Source: an uncultured Clostridia bacterium (GTDB lineage: Bacteria; Bacillota; Clostridia; Christensenellales; UBA1242). Taken from it: a stretch of 64,000 nucleotides of DNA. The position numbers and the translations under genes are program-made. The stretch covers positions 42,423-106,422 of the forward strand of contig CALWPG010000004.1 of the NCBI GenBank assembly GCA_944383375.1, in the 5' to 3' direction. Positions 1 to 9,534 of the stretch are shown here, in pieces. The notes under the pieces are model-generated. The model did no database searches. It was not told the origin of the DNA and worked only from the letters and a program-made list of their open reading frames with translations. Position 1 is the first letter of the stretch. Each line of letters begins with the position of its first letter.

Positions 1-13
1 AATTAATATTTCT

Positions 14-250
14 TCACCCATAGACTACCACACATGCCGCCTCTAATGTTCTAAGTGTTACAAGCTGGTTTGCAATTTCTATTAATAATACTCCTTTTCT
101 TAGTGACTTGTTTATTATGGTCAGTGTCTGTCCTTGAAAGAACCCAAACTCCAAAAGTCTCGTTTTTGTCTTGATGTCTATATTATGACACAAATTCAAT
201 ATGGTGTAATTTTTATTAATCGCAGCATCACATAATAAAAAATTCTTCAT
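14..250 (-). CDS. FeoA-family small protein (ferrous iron transport protein A-like)
   Basis: 78-aa ORF. The pattern RLLEFGFFQGQTLTII...LRTLEAACVVV resembles the FeoA SH3-like domain. Confidence 0.55.
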   Translation of the reverse strand: MKNFLLCDAAINKNYTILNLCHNIDIKTKTRLLEFGFFQGQTLTIINKSLRKGVLLIEIANQLVTLRTLEAACVVVYG

Positions 251-285
251 ACTAATTAGTATGAAGAATAATTTTTAAATATGTT

Positions 286-723
286 TTATTCATTTTTTAA
301 AAAGTCTATAAAATTAGTGGCATCCGTAAATTGTCTATACACAGAAGCGAATCTTACGTATGAAATTTGATCCAATGGTTTAAGCATGTCCATTACCATT
401 TCGCCAATTTTAATTGATTCAATTTCATGGGTTGATTCTTTTATCTTTTTTTCAATATCGCTTGCGATTGTTTCTATTTGTATTAAACTAACTGGCCTTT
501 TTTCACAAGCTTTCAAGATGCCATTTATTATCTTATTTTTATCAAATGGTTGAATACTACCATTTTTCTTTATTACAAGTATTGGTGTGTTTTCAACGGT
601 TTCATAGGTTGTCCATCTTTTGCCACATTTTAGACATTCTCGTCTTCTCCTTATGGAATTGTCTCCCGTCGTTCTTGAATCAATAACCTTGCTTTCTAAA
701 TGTCCACAAAATAAACACTTCAT
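286..723 (-). CDS. nrdR: Transcriptional repressor NrdR
   Basis: N-terminal zinc ribbon MKCLFCGH...CLKCGKRWTTYE followed by an ATP-cone. Length is typical at 145 aa. Confidence 0.9.
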   Translation of the reverse strand: MKCLFCGHLESKVIDSRTTGDNSIRRRRECLKCGKRWTTYETVENTPILVIKKNGSIQPFDKNKIINGILKACEKRPVSLIQIETIASDIEKKIKESTHEIESIKIGEMVMDMLKPLDQISYVRFASVYRQFTDATNFIDFLKNE

Positions 724-788
724 TTAATTCTCCTATCGTTAAGCACTTGTAGTATACACTAAAAAAAATTATTTGTCTAGACCAAAGT

Positions 789-1082
789 TCATTTTTTATC
801 TTTTGATTGACTAAAAGTAATCGTATTTGAATTTCTCGGAGCTGCTGAATATAACTCTACTAGTATTGTGTCATCGCCAATTTTACATATTTGATTGTAC
901 GGAATAAATATTTCCCCTCCTGATTTAAATACATTCCAAATATTTTTGTCACCCGGCACAACAAGGCCAGAAATTACGCCCGTGGACAATTCAAACACGA
1001 TATCGACGATGTGTCCAAGACGTTTTCCGTCAACGACATTTACAACTTCTTTGCATCTAAGCTCCAAAAATGAACTTTCCAA
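789..1082 (-). CDS. YlmC/YmxH-family PRC-barrel sporulation protein
   Basis: LRCKEVVNVVDGKRLGHIVDIVFELSTGVISGLVVPG matches the YlmC/YmxH pattern. Confidence 0.7.
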   Translation of the reverse strand: MESSFLELRCKEVVNVVDGKRLGHIVDIVFELSTGVISGLVVPGDKNIWNVFKSGGEIFIPYNQICKIGDDTILVELYSAAPRNSNTITFSQSKDKK

Positions 1083-1128
1083 ATGTCCACTCCTCTAGTT
1101 ATATATATGCAAACTATGTTACAAAAAA

Positions 1129-2547
1129 TTACTCGTGAACATTCAATGGGAGTTTACCCAAGTTTTCGCTACTTTTATTGTAGTATACGTAACATGGCTT
1201 ATCGTCTTTTTCTTGTCTATAAACTTTTTCAAAAATTTTTTTGGCCTGGAGATAGTTCCCATTTTGAAATGCTCTTACTCCATTTTCGAACTCTAAATGA
1301 TGTTTTACCAATTTTTCTCGCTTCTGTCTTTCGTAAACTTCAAGGCATTCAAAAACAGATTGTGTTATCCCCTGAGCCTCAACTTCTCCAACATATCTAT
1401 ATGATAATTTAAAAGACGTAGGCAAGAAATTTAATGTATTTTTAGTTATCAACATATTTGTTCCAAATGCTTGATTGATTTTGTCTATCTCTGCCATAAT
1501 ATTTAAAGTATTTGTAACTAGTGTTGGTACTTTTCTTTCCTCATCTCCAACCACACCAAAAATAACTTCATCTGTATGAATAATTAATCCAACATCTAAA
1601 TTTGGCATATCTTGAGTCAAATTTTTTTGTTTAATTGCGCGAGAAATATTTATAGCACAAGTAATTGCACTTTGAGGAGTTGTAAACACTGACAAAATAC
1701 CATTTTCAAGATATTTATCAACAAATCCACCAAATTTGCGAATTATTGGAGAAACCACGTTTATATAAGAATTTACACAATTAAAATTTTCTTCTAAACT
1801 TAACGTTTTTGTTATAAAAGCACTACTTTTTATGTTGCAAAATAAAACAGTAGCCGTTTTTTTAACTTGACTGCCAAGTTCCAATTCCAAAACACTTTTT
1901 TTACCAAGAAATTTTATAAGTTTTTTAGGCACAAACTTTTCATACTGAGCATTAGTTTGTTTTATTACTTCATCTTTTATTTTGTAATTATCATTTATTT
2001 TTTTGAGTGAACTTTCAATTTCTTGAAACTGTTTTGTTCCACCTATGTTAATTTTATCCTTCACTTCTCCATATGCAAGTCTTTTTGTGACGGTCTCTAT
2101 TTTTTTAACAGGCCTTGTGACAACGGCGAATGTAACTGAAATCACTATAAGATATATTATTCCAACTAATATCATCCAATAATAGTTGTTATTATTTGTA
2201 GTAGATATGTTTAGAGCAGTTCTAACTATTATTGCTGACTGGTTTGTCAAATTGTTTATACTAAATAATCCAAACATAATAGCACCAAATACCAGTGTTA
2301 TGGGAACCGTTGATAAAAAAAGTACAGTATTTAATTTTCTCGTACGAAGAAATTTAAAAAACAGTACATTGCCACTCACAATATTTATCAAATTAAATAC
2401 CAAACTAACATAGGCTAAAGTTGAAAAATTTATCGATATAGTATTTCCAATTATTACAATACTAGAAAAAAGATATCTAGAAGTTAGCATACCTGCTACC
2501 AAAGATACCAAAAAAACCACAATCCAAATTTTTGTACCAGTTTTCAT
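1129..2547 (-). CDS. Membrane-anchored class III adenylate/guanylate cyclase
   Basis: N-terminal transmembrane segments and a HAMP-like linker, then a cyclase core (ATVLFCNIKSSAF...FGGFVDKYLENGILSVF...IHTDEVIFGVVGDEER). Confidence 0.7.
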   Translation of the reverse strand: MKTGTKIWIVVFLVSLVAGMLTSRYLFSSIVIIGNTISINFSTLAYVSLVFNLINIVSGNVLFFKFLRTRKLNTVLFLSTVPITLVFGAIMFGLFSINNLTNQSAIIVRTALNISTTNNNNYYWMILVGIIYLIVISVTFAVVTRPVKKIETVTKRLAYGEVKDKINIGGTKQFQEIESSLKKINDNYKIKDEVIKQTNAQYEKFVPKKLIKFLGKKSVLELELGSQVKKTATVLFCNIKSSAFITKTLSLEENFNCVNSYINVVSPIIRKFGGFVDKYLENGILSVFTTPQSAITCAINISRAIKQKNLTQDMPNLDVGLIIHTDEVIFGVVGDEERKVPTLVTNTLNIMAEIDKINQAFGTNMLITKNTLNFLPTSFKLSYRYVGEVEAQGITQSVFECLEVYERQKREKLVKHHLEFENGVRAFQNGNYLQAKKIFEKVYRQEKDDKPCYVYYNKSSENLGKLPLNVHE

Positions 2548-2632
2548 ATAAATTGTTTTGTAAAATATTAAAAAAAATATTCAATTTAATAAATTTGTGT
2601 TTTTTTAACATACTAAAAACAGGAGAAAAAAT

Positions 2633-3061
2633 ATGAACGAAAAATTTTTAAATGAAATTTACAAAAATACAAAAATGGCAGTGCAATCAATTGAAAATAT
2701 GTATCCAAAATTTAGAAGCACAAAATTAAAGCAATTTATGAAAAAGGCTCAAGAAAAATATTTGGATTTTATGCAGCAGTGTAAAAAAATAGCAAAACAA
2801 AAAAAACTGGAACTTAAAGATGCCAGTTTCTTTTCCAAAACCATGCTTAAAATGTCAATTGGAATGTCAACACTATTTGATAAGTCAAGTGAACATATTG
2901 CAGAGCTATTTTTAATGGGTACAGTGAGAGGCACATTGAGTTTATACAAAGAAATAAAAACATACAAAGATGCTGACAAAGACATAGTTGACCTTGCAAA
3001 AGATTTGAAGACATTTGAAGAGCAGAGTTTTGAAGAAATAAAAAACTTTTTACAAGAATAA
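2633..3061 (+). CDS. Hypothetical helical protein
   Basis: 142-aa ORF with AGGAG upstream. No motif recognised. Confidence 0.4.
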   Translation: MNEKFLNEIYKNTKMAVQSIENMYPKFRSTKLKQFMKKAQEKYLDFMQQCKKIAKQKKLELKDASFFSKTMLKMSIGMSTLFDKSSEHIAELFLMGTVRGTLSLYKEIKTYKDADKDIVDLAKDLKTFEEQSFEEIKNFLQE

Positions 3062-3062
3062 A

Positions 3063-3977
3063 TTATAGTTTTGATAAATAACTTGTAATAGATGTGGAAG
3101 CTATTGCCCCATCGCTGCATGCAGTAACAATTTGCCTTAGATTTGTGTCACTGACGTCACCCCCAGCGAACACACCTTCAATATTGGTGTGTTTTTTTTC
3201 ATCAACCTCTATATATTTTGATGAGTTTAATTTCACACCATCAAAAACATCAGTATCTGGTTCTCTTCCAATTGCCACAAACAATGCATCAACTTCAATT
3301 GAAGATATTTTATTATTAAGTTTGTTTAATATATTGATTGATCTTACTTTTTCATCTCCAGAAATCGCAACAACTTGACTATTTAAAATAAGTTCAAGTT
3401 TCCCAGATTTTTCAAATTGCTTTAACCTATCCACTAAAATTTTATCACCACGAAATTCATCACGTCTGTGAATTAAATAAACTTTTTTTGCAATGTTTGC
3501 AAGATATAAGCAATCTTCCAAACTCGTATTGCCACCTCCAACAACTGCAACGACACAATCTTTATACAATGCCCCATCACAAGTAGCACAATAACTTACT
3601 CCTTTGGACGTAAACTTCTTTTCACCCTCTATACCAAGAAGTCTACTGCTTGCACCCGTTGCAATGTATACGGTTTTGCCCTGGTAGGAATTTTTATCGG
3701 TGTTGACAACCTTCACTTTTCCTGTTAGGCTGCAAGAAATAACATCTTCAAAAACAACATCTACTCCCATATTTGTTATTTGTTCAAACATTTTATTTGA
3801 CAATGTTGCACCATCAATTTGTTCAATTCCGGGATAGTTCTGAATATTGTGCGTAAGCACCATTTGCCCACCTGGCATACTACGCTCAATTATCAAAACA
3901 CTTTTGCCTGCCCTTTTCAAATATAATGCACAGGTCATTCCACTTGGACCACATCCTATAATTATACAATCGTACAT
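3063..3977 (-). CDS. trxB: Thioredoxin-disulfide reductase
   Basis: GCGPSG FAD motif and CATCDG redox centre. Start moved to MYDCIIIGCGP (ATG at 3977), because the track start adds a hydrophobic non-homologous extension. Confidence 0.9.
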   Translation of the reverse strand: MYDCIIIGCGPSGMTCALYLKRAGKSVLIIERSMPGGQMVLTHNIQNYPGIEQIDGATLSNKMFEQITNMGVDVVFEDVISCSLTGKVKVVNTDKNSYQGKTVYIATGASSRLLGIEGEKKFTSKGVSYCATCDGALYKDCVVAVVGGGNTSLEDCLYLANIAKKVYLIHRRDEFRGDKILVDRLKQFEKSGKLELILNSQVVAISGDEKVRSINILNKLNNKISSIEVDALFVAIGREPDTDVFDGVKLNSSKYIEVDEKKHTNIEGVFAGGDVSDTNLRQIVTACSDGAIASTSITSYLSKL

Positions 3978-4087
3978 AGCAACCTCACTGATATTATTAT
4001 ACACAAATATTAAACAAATGAAAACAAAAAAGAAATGCTTATGCACCAACAAAAAAAGATAGTGCAAAATTCACTATCTTTTTTAAA

Positions 4088-4516
4088 TTATCTTTTACTA
4101 AACTGTGAAGCCTTACGAGCCTTTTTGAGACCATATTTCTTTCTTTCTTTCATCCTACTATCTCGAGTGAGGAAACCACCTTTTTTGAGAATTGACTTAA
4201 GTGATTCGTCAGCAAGTACAAGGGCTCTTGAAATGCCGTGGCTGATTGCTCCAGCTTGACCAGAAAGTCCACCACCAGTGACATTAACAATAATATCATA
4301 TTTGTTTAGTGTCTCTGTTGCTTCTAATGGTTGACGGACGATTAACTTTAAAGTGTCTAAGCCAAAGTATTTGTCGATGTCTACTTTGTTGATTGTGATA
4401 GCACCAGTGCCATTTGGTAACAATCTAACTCTTGCAATAGATTTTTTCCTTCTGCCTGTGCCAAGAAATTGAACAACTTTCTTGCTTGCAGCTTTGGTTG
4501 ATTTCTTCTCTGCCAT
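4088..4516 (-). CDS. rpsI: 30S ribosomal protein S9
   Basis: [14 protein letters not shown]...[23 protein letters not shown]. Sits directly downstream of rplM. Confidence 0.95.
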   Translation of the reverse strand: MAEKKSTKAASKKVVQFLGTGRRKKSIARVRLLPNGTGAITINKVDIDKYFGLDTLKLIVRQPLEATETLNKYDIIVNVTGGGLSGQAGAISHGISRALVLADESLKSILKKGGFLTRDSRMKERKKYGLKKARKASQFSKR

Positions 4517-4959
4517 TAGTTTCTAACTCCTTTTAGTGCAACTTGCACAGGTTTTTGTGCTTCATGAGAATGGTTTGCATCCTTGTAAACTTTGAGTCTT
4601 GTGAACATCTTTCTTCCAAGTGAATTTTTAGGAAGCATACCTTTCACAGCATGTTCAACAGCAACATTTGACTTTGTTGCCATGACAGTTTTGTAATCCA
4701 TCTCCTTAAGTCCACCAGCATATCCTGAGTGGCTTCTGAGCATTTTTTGTGTTAATTTTTTACCAGTTAGTACCACTTTGTCTGAATTTATAACTATAAC
4801 GTGGTCACCAGAATCAACATGTGGTGTGTAAGTTGGTTTGTTTTTTCCACTAAGGATATCAGCAACTTGAGTTGCAAGTCTTCCAAGTGGCATGTTAGTA
4901 GCATCTACAATATACCATTTTCTTTCCACATTTTCTGGTTTTTCCATAAATGTTTTCAT
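4516..4959 (-). CDS. rplM: 50S ribosomal protein L13
   Basis: [20 protein letters not shown]..., with GGAGGAAAA just upstream of the ATG at 4959. Confidence 0.95.
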   Translation of the reverse strand: MKTFMEKPENVERKWYIVDATNMPLGRLATQVADILSGKNKPTYTPHVDSGDHVIVINSDKVVLTGKKLTQKMLRSHSGYAGGLKEMDYKTVMATKSNVAVEHAVKGMLPKNSLGRKMFTRLKVYKDANHSHEAQKPVQVALKGVRN

Positions 4960-5141
4960 TTTTCCTCCAAATTGCGCTCTTAACATTGTTTAAGACAAAC
5001 TTTTTTGAAGGGGCTAACATTACAAAAAAATATGCCTTAAATTAAGACAGCATAAGTTTATTATACACACGGCAAAATGTCAAGCATATTTTTAAAAAAA
5101 TTATATTGAATATTTATGCAATATTTTGAATATTTATACAA

Positions 5142-5876
5142 CTAATATTTCACATCGTAAAGCATAAGTCCCTTTGCACAAACAGTGCGTCCACCAAACT
5201 TTCTATCGCCGGATTCAAACATTTTGGCAATATTTTCAATTGGAATTTTATTGTCTGCGATATCCAAAATAGTTCCAACAATTATGCGAACCATATTGTA
5301 TAAAAATCCATTTCCTGTAATTTTGAATAGTATTAAATCACATTTTTTTTCCACTTCAATACTCTCGACGGTGCGAACAAAATTATTAGCTGAACTTTTG
5401 GAAGCACAAAATGCTTTGAAATTATGAGTGCCCTCAATCAATTTTTTAATCTCATTGATTTTTTTGAGGTCATAATCATGTTTTTTCTCGCAAACATAAT
5501 CATATAATAGTGGATTTGTAATTTTTGAAGTGGATACAATATATAGGTATGTTTTTGATTTGACATTTTTTCTTGCATGAAAATCTTTGTCAACTTCAGT
5601 AGCTGACATAATTCGTATATCTGGCGGCAAATAAGTATTTAAAGCAGTCACAAAATTTTGTGTTAAAATTTTAGACAATGTGTCAAAATGAGCATACTGC
5701 TTTAAAGCATGAACACCGGCATCAGTCCTGCCACTTGGATAAATATTTATCTTTTGACATGTGACTTTTTCAAGTGCATTTTCAACTTGGCTTTGTATGG
5801 TATCGTGATTGGGCTGTTTTTGCAAACCGGAGTATCTTGTGCCTTTGTAAGCAAAACATATGCATATTCTTCTCAT
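5142..5876 (-). CDS. truA: tRNA pseudouridine(38-40) synthase TruA
   Basis: GRTDAGVHA catalytic Asp motif. Conserved rplM-rpsI-truA neighbourhood. Confidence 0.9.
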   Translation of the reverse strand: MRRICICFAYKGTRYSGLQKQPNHDTIQSQVENALEKVTCQKINIYPSGRTDAGVHALKQYAHFDTLSKILTQNFVTALNTYLPPDIRIMSATEVDKDFHARKNVKSKTYLYIVSTSKITNPLLYDYVCEKKHDYDLKKINEIKKLIEGTHNFKAFCASKSSANNFVRTVESIEVEKKCDLILFKITGNGFLYNMVRIIVGTILDIADNKIPIENIAKMFESGDRKFGGRTVCAKGLMLYDVKY

Positions 5877-5984
5877 GGTTCTAGTTTAAAACAAAATGTG
5901 TATGTTTGCAAATGATTTTACACAAACAATTTTATGTGTTAAACTCAAAATGTTTAAACATAATATACCTAAGGGAGCCTAATA

Positions 5985-8900
5985 GTGAGAAAAAGTTTAA
6001 TTATGGATGGTAATACTGCATGTGCAGATATGGCATATAACTTTACCGACGTTGCCGTTATTTATCCAATCACCCCATCCTCACCCATGGCCGAACTTGT
6101 CGATAAGTGGTCAAGTGAAGGCAAAAAAAATATATTCGATCAAGAAGTCATGGTAAAGCAAATGCAATCAGAAGCAGGTGCCAGTGGTGCACTTCATGGT
6201 CTCAGCCAAACGGGATCACTTGCCACAACTTTTACTTCAAGTCAGGGTTTGCTTTTGATGATACCAAACATGTATAAACTGGCTGGACAATGCTTACCCG
6301 CCGTAATTCACGTAGCCAGCAGAGCGCTTGCCACACATGCACTTAGTATATTTGGAGATCACAGCGATGTCATGGCAACAAGAAGTACTGGTTTTTGCAT
6401 GGTGACTTCAACAAATGTACAAGAATGCTATGATATGGCTCTTTTTGCTCATGTAATGGCGCTTAAAAGTAGTTTGCCTTTTATGCATTTTTTTGATGGA
6501 TTTAGAACAAGCCATGAAATGCAAAAAGTCGCAATTTTGTCACAAGAAGAAATAAAATCCATGTTTCCTTTTGAGAGTTATCAAAACTTTAAACAAAGAG
6601 CTCTTACTCCTTCTAGCCCTATCGCTCGTGGAACAGCGCAAAATCCTGATGTGTACTTTCAAAATAGAGAAAGGAATAATCAGCTTTATGACGATATTGA
6701 AAATTTAGCCACCCAAACTTTTGAACAGATTGAAAATCTTACAGGTAGAAAATATAGTGCCTTTGAATACTATGGTGCAAGTGATGCTGAAAATGTTGTA
6801 GTTATAATGTGTAGTGGCTATGAGACTATTAAAGAGTATGTCAAATATGCAAACAGCATGGGAGAAAAACTGGGTGTTGTCAATGTACGCCTTTTTAGGC
6901 CTTTCTTTTCAAAACAATTTGTTAATGTAATGCCAAAAACCACAAAAAAGATAGCAGTACTTGACCGAACAAAAGAATATGGAAGTGTTGGCGAACCACT
7001 TTACGAAGACGTAAGTTGCGCAGTAAATGAACACAAACTAAACATAGATATTTTGTCAGGAAGATATGGACTTGGCGGTAAAGAGTTTGACATATCTTGT
7101 GCAAAAGCAATCTTTGACAACCTAAAAAATAAACAAAGCAAAAATCACTTCACCGTGGGAATTGTCGATGATTTGTCCAACACGTCGCTTAAACTTGAAA
7201 ATTTACAATTAGATGAACGATGCTATGAGATGAAATTTTATGGACTAGGAAGCGATGGAACAGTAAGTGCAAATAAAAGCAGCATTAAAATTATTGGAGA
7301 GAACACAGACAAATATGTGCAAGCATTTTTTGAGTACGATTCAAAAAAGTCTGGGAGCCTAACCACATCGCATATCAGAGTGTCAGACAAGCCTATAAAC
7401 AAACCTTACAAGCCTAAAAGTTATGACCTTATTGCCATACACAACTTCACATATGTATCAAGATATAATTTAATTGACGATTTAAAAGATAACGGAATTG
7501 TGCTTTTAAACACGCGTTTTACAGACGAAGAACTAGAAAAAGTTTTGCCTCATGAATTTTTAGAAAACTTAAATAGACATCATGCAAAGTTATATGTTAT
7601 AGATGCACAAAAAATTGCAAATGAAAATGGCCTGGGCAGAAAGGTAAACACAATAATGCAAACTGCATTTTTTAAAATAGCTGGTATTGGAAATTTTGAG
7701 AAAATACTATCCCAAATAAAAGAAAACACAAAAACGGCATATCAAAAAAAGGGTGACGATGTTGTCGCTAAAAATTTCAAGTGCATAGACCTTGCAGTGG
7801 AAAGTGTCAAAGAAATTGACTATTCTAGATTTTCATACACAAAACTAAACACCATTAAAGCCAAAACGGGAAATGAATTTTTTGATAATGTCATATCCGT
7901 GATAGAAGACCTCAGTGGCGATAGTTTGCCTGTTTCCACATTTAACAAAGATGGAAGTATTCCAACCAAAACATCAAAATATTTAAAGCGAGGAATAGCC
8001 ATTAGCCTTCCTAAATGGATAAAAGAAAACTGCATACAATGTGGCAATTGCACGCTCGCCTGCCCTCATAGTGCCCTTAGAAGTTTGCTTGTAAAAGACA
8101 AAGATGCTGATGATAGTTTTGTCAATGCATTTGGCACGAAGGATCATAAATTTAAAATTCAATTAAGTCCATTAGATTGTACAGGATGTGGTGTATGTGC
8201 AAACACTTGCCCTGCGATAAAGAAAGCTCTTGAGATGGTTGACTTTGAAAAAATAGTAGAAAAAGAGCAAAAGAATTATGAAAATTCACAAAAAATTGAT
8301 AGATATGCATCAATTTTCAAAAAAGAAAGTTCAAAGGGTCTACAATTTTTTGATCCCTATTTTGAATTCAGTTATGCATGTGCGGGATGTGGCGAAACAC
8401 CTTACATTAAAATTTTAACACAACTTTTTGGTGATAAAATGCTGGTCGCAAATGCGACTGGATGCAGTAGCATATATGGTGGTTCTTACCCAGTTTGTCC
8501 TTACGCAAAGGACAAAAATGGACATGGTGTCGCTTGGGCGAACTCTTTGTTTGAAGACAATGCAGAATTTGGCTATGGCATGGCGCTTAGTCAAAAGCAA
8601 AATCAAAAAATGCTTTTCACACTTATCACAAAAATTTTGAATAAATGTGATGAAAATATTGCCAGTTTACTAAATAAATTCATTTCTGAAAAAACATTAA
8701 GCTATGACGAACAAAAGCAAATTATTGATTTTGCAAATACAAAAAGGGATGATGTGGACTTTAAATTTTTGCTTTCTCTTTCAGACAATTTAGTAAAAAA
8801 ATCAATATGGATTATAGGTGGAGATGGTTGGGCATATGACATTGGATATGGTGGCCTTGACCATGTCCTATCAAGTGGAGAAAATGTGAATATTCTCGTC

Positions 8901-9446
8901 CTTGATAGTGAGGTTTACAGCAATACAGGTGGGCAAGCTTCAAAATCAAGTCCAAGGTCTAGTGTAGAAAAATTTAGTGCTCAGGGTAAACGCACACAGA
9001 AAAAGGACCTTGGTGCAATATTTATGGCCAACAATAATTGTTATGTAGCGAGCGTAAGTCTTGGCGCAGATTTTAATCAAACAATAAAAGCACTGGCTGA
9101 AGCTGAAGCATATGATGGTCCAAGTATAGTAATTTGCTATGCTCCATGTATAAACCATGGTTTTGATATGTCAAAATCTAATGAGCACATGAAGTTGTGC
9201 GTTGAGAGTGGCTATTGGAACTTATATCGCTATAACCCAAATAATGAAAAACCACTATCTTTGGATAGTGGCGAACCTACAAAAGAGTATATAGATTTTC
9301 TAAACACTGAAACTCGCTTTACTTCACTGAAAAAAATTGATGAAAACAAAGCTGATGAATTGTTCAAGCAAAGTGCAAACGATGCAAGACAAAGACGTCT
9401 ACATTTACTAAACATGCTAAAAATTCAAGAAGAAAAAGATGAATAA
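5985..9446 (+). CDS. nifJ: Pyruvate:ferredoxin (flavodoxin) oxidoreductase, single-chain
   Basis: 1153 aa. Two ferredoxin CxxCxxCxxxCP motifs (CIQCGNCTLACP, CTGCGVCANTCP) and a TPP motif GGDGWAYDIGYGGLDH. GTG start with AAGGGAG upstream. Confidence 0.95.
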   Translation: MRKSLIMDGNTACADMAYNFTDVAVIYPITPSSPMAELVDKWSSEGKKNIFDQEVMVKQMQSEAGASGALHGLSQTGSLATTFTSSQGLLLMIPNMYKLAGQCLPAVIHVASRALATHALSIFGDHSDVMATRSTGFCMVTSTNVQECYDMALFAHVMALKSSLPFMHFFDGFRTSHEMQKVAILSQEEIKSMFPFESYQNFKQRALTPSSPIARGTAQNPDVYFQNRERNNQLYDDIENLATQTFEQIENLTGRKYSAFEYYGASDAENVVVIMCSGYETIKEYVKYANSMGEKLGVVNVRLFRPFFSKQFVNVMPKTTKKIAVLDRTKEYGSVGEPLYEDVSCAVNEHKLNIDILSGRYGLGGKEFDISCAKAIFDNLKNKQSKNHFTVGIVDDLSNTSLKLENLQLDERCYEMKFYGLGSDGTVSANKSSIKIIGENTDKYVQAFFEYDSKKSGSLTTSHIRVSDKPINKPYKPKSYDLIAIHNFTYVSRYNLIDDLKDNGIVLLNTRFTDEELEKVLPHEFLENLNRHHAKLYVIDAQKIANENGLGRKVNTIMQTAFFKIAGIGNFEKILSQIKENTKTAYQKKGDDVVAKNFKCIDLAVESVKEIDYSRFSYTKLNTIKAKTGNEFFDNVISVIEDLSGDSLPVSTFNKDGSIPTKTSKYLKRGIAISLPKWIKENCIQCGNCTLACPHSALRSLLVKDKDADDSFVNAFGTKDHKFKIQLSPLDCTGCGVCANTCPAIKKALEMVDFEKIVEKEQKNYENSQKIDRYASIFKKESSKGLQFFDPYFEFSYACAGCGETPYIKILTQLFGDKMLVANATGCSSIYGGSYPVCPYAKDKNGHGVAWANSLFEDNAEFGYGMALSQKQNQKMLFTLITKILNKCDENIASLLNKFISEKTLSYDEQKQIIDFANTKRDDVDFKFLLSLSDNLVKKSIWIIGGDGWAYDIGYGGLDHVLSSGENVNILVLDSEVYSNTGGQASKSSPRSSVEKFSAQGKRTQKKDLGAIFMANNNCYVASVSLGADFNQTIKALAEAEAYDGPSIVICYAPCINHGFDMSKSNEHMKLCVESGYWNLYRYNPNNEKPLSLDSGEPTKEYIDFLNTETRFTSLKKIDENKADELFKQSANDARQRRLHLLNMLKIQEEKDE

Positions 9447-9505
9447 AATTTTTTATCGGTAACATAATATATACGCGAACATAAAATAATTATGTTTTCG
9501 CAAAC

Positions 9506-9534
9506 ATAGTGGCATAAACTGCCACTATTTTTTT
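9506..9534 (+). terminator. Rho-independent terminator after PFOR
   Basis: ATAGTGGCA-taaac-TGCCACTAT followed by TTTTTT. Confidence 0.75.

Noticed and set aside
1083-1412. A 109-aa plus-strand ORF antisense to the adenylate cyclase gene. Many similar 60-120-aa antisense ORFs occur throughout the track.
   Set aside because: They are entirely nested antisense to well-supported genes, a typical AT-rich chance-ORF pattern. They have no RBS or recognisable motifs.
4960-5141. An attenuator-like hairpin (ATGCtgtCTTAAtTTAAGGCAT plus a T-run) in the rplM leader, possibly an L13-type ribosomal leader.
   Set aside because: The stem is short and AT-rich with a minimal loop. I cannot match it to the known L13 leader consensus by eye, so I did not report it as a feature.
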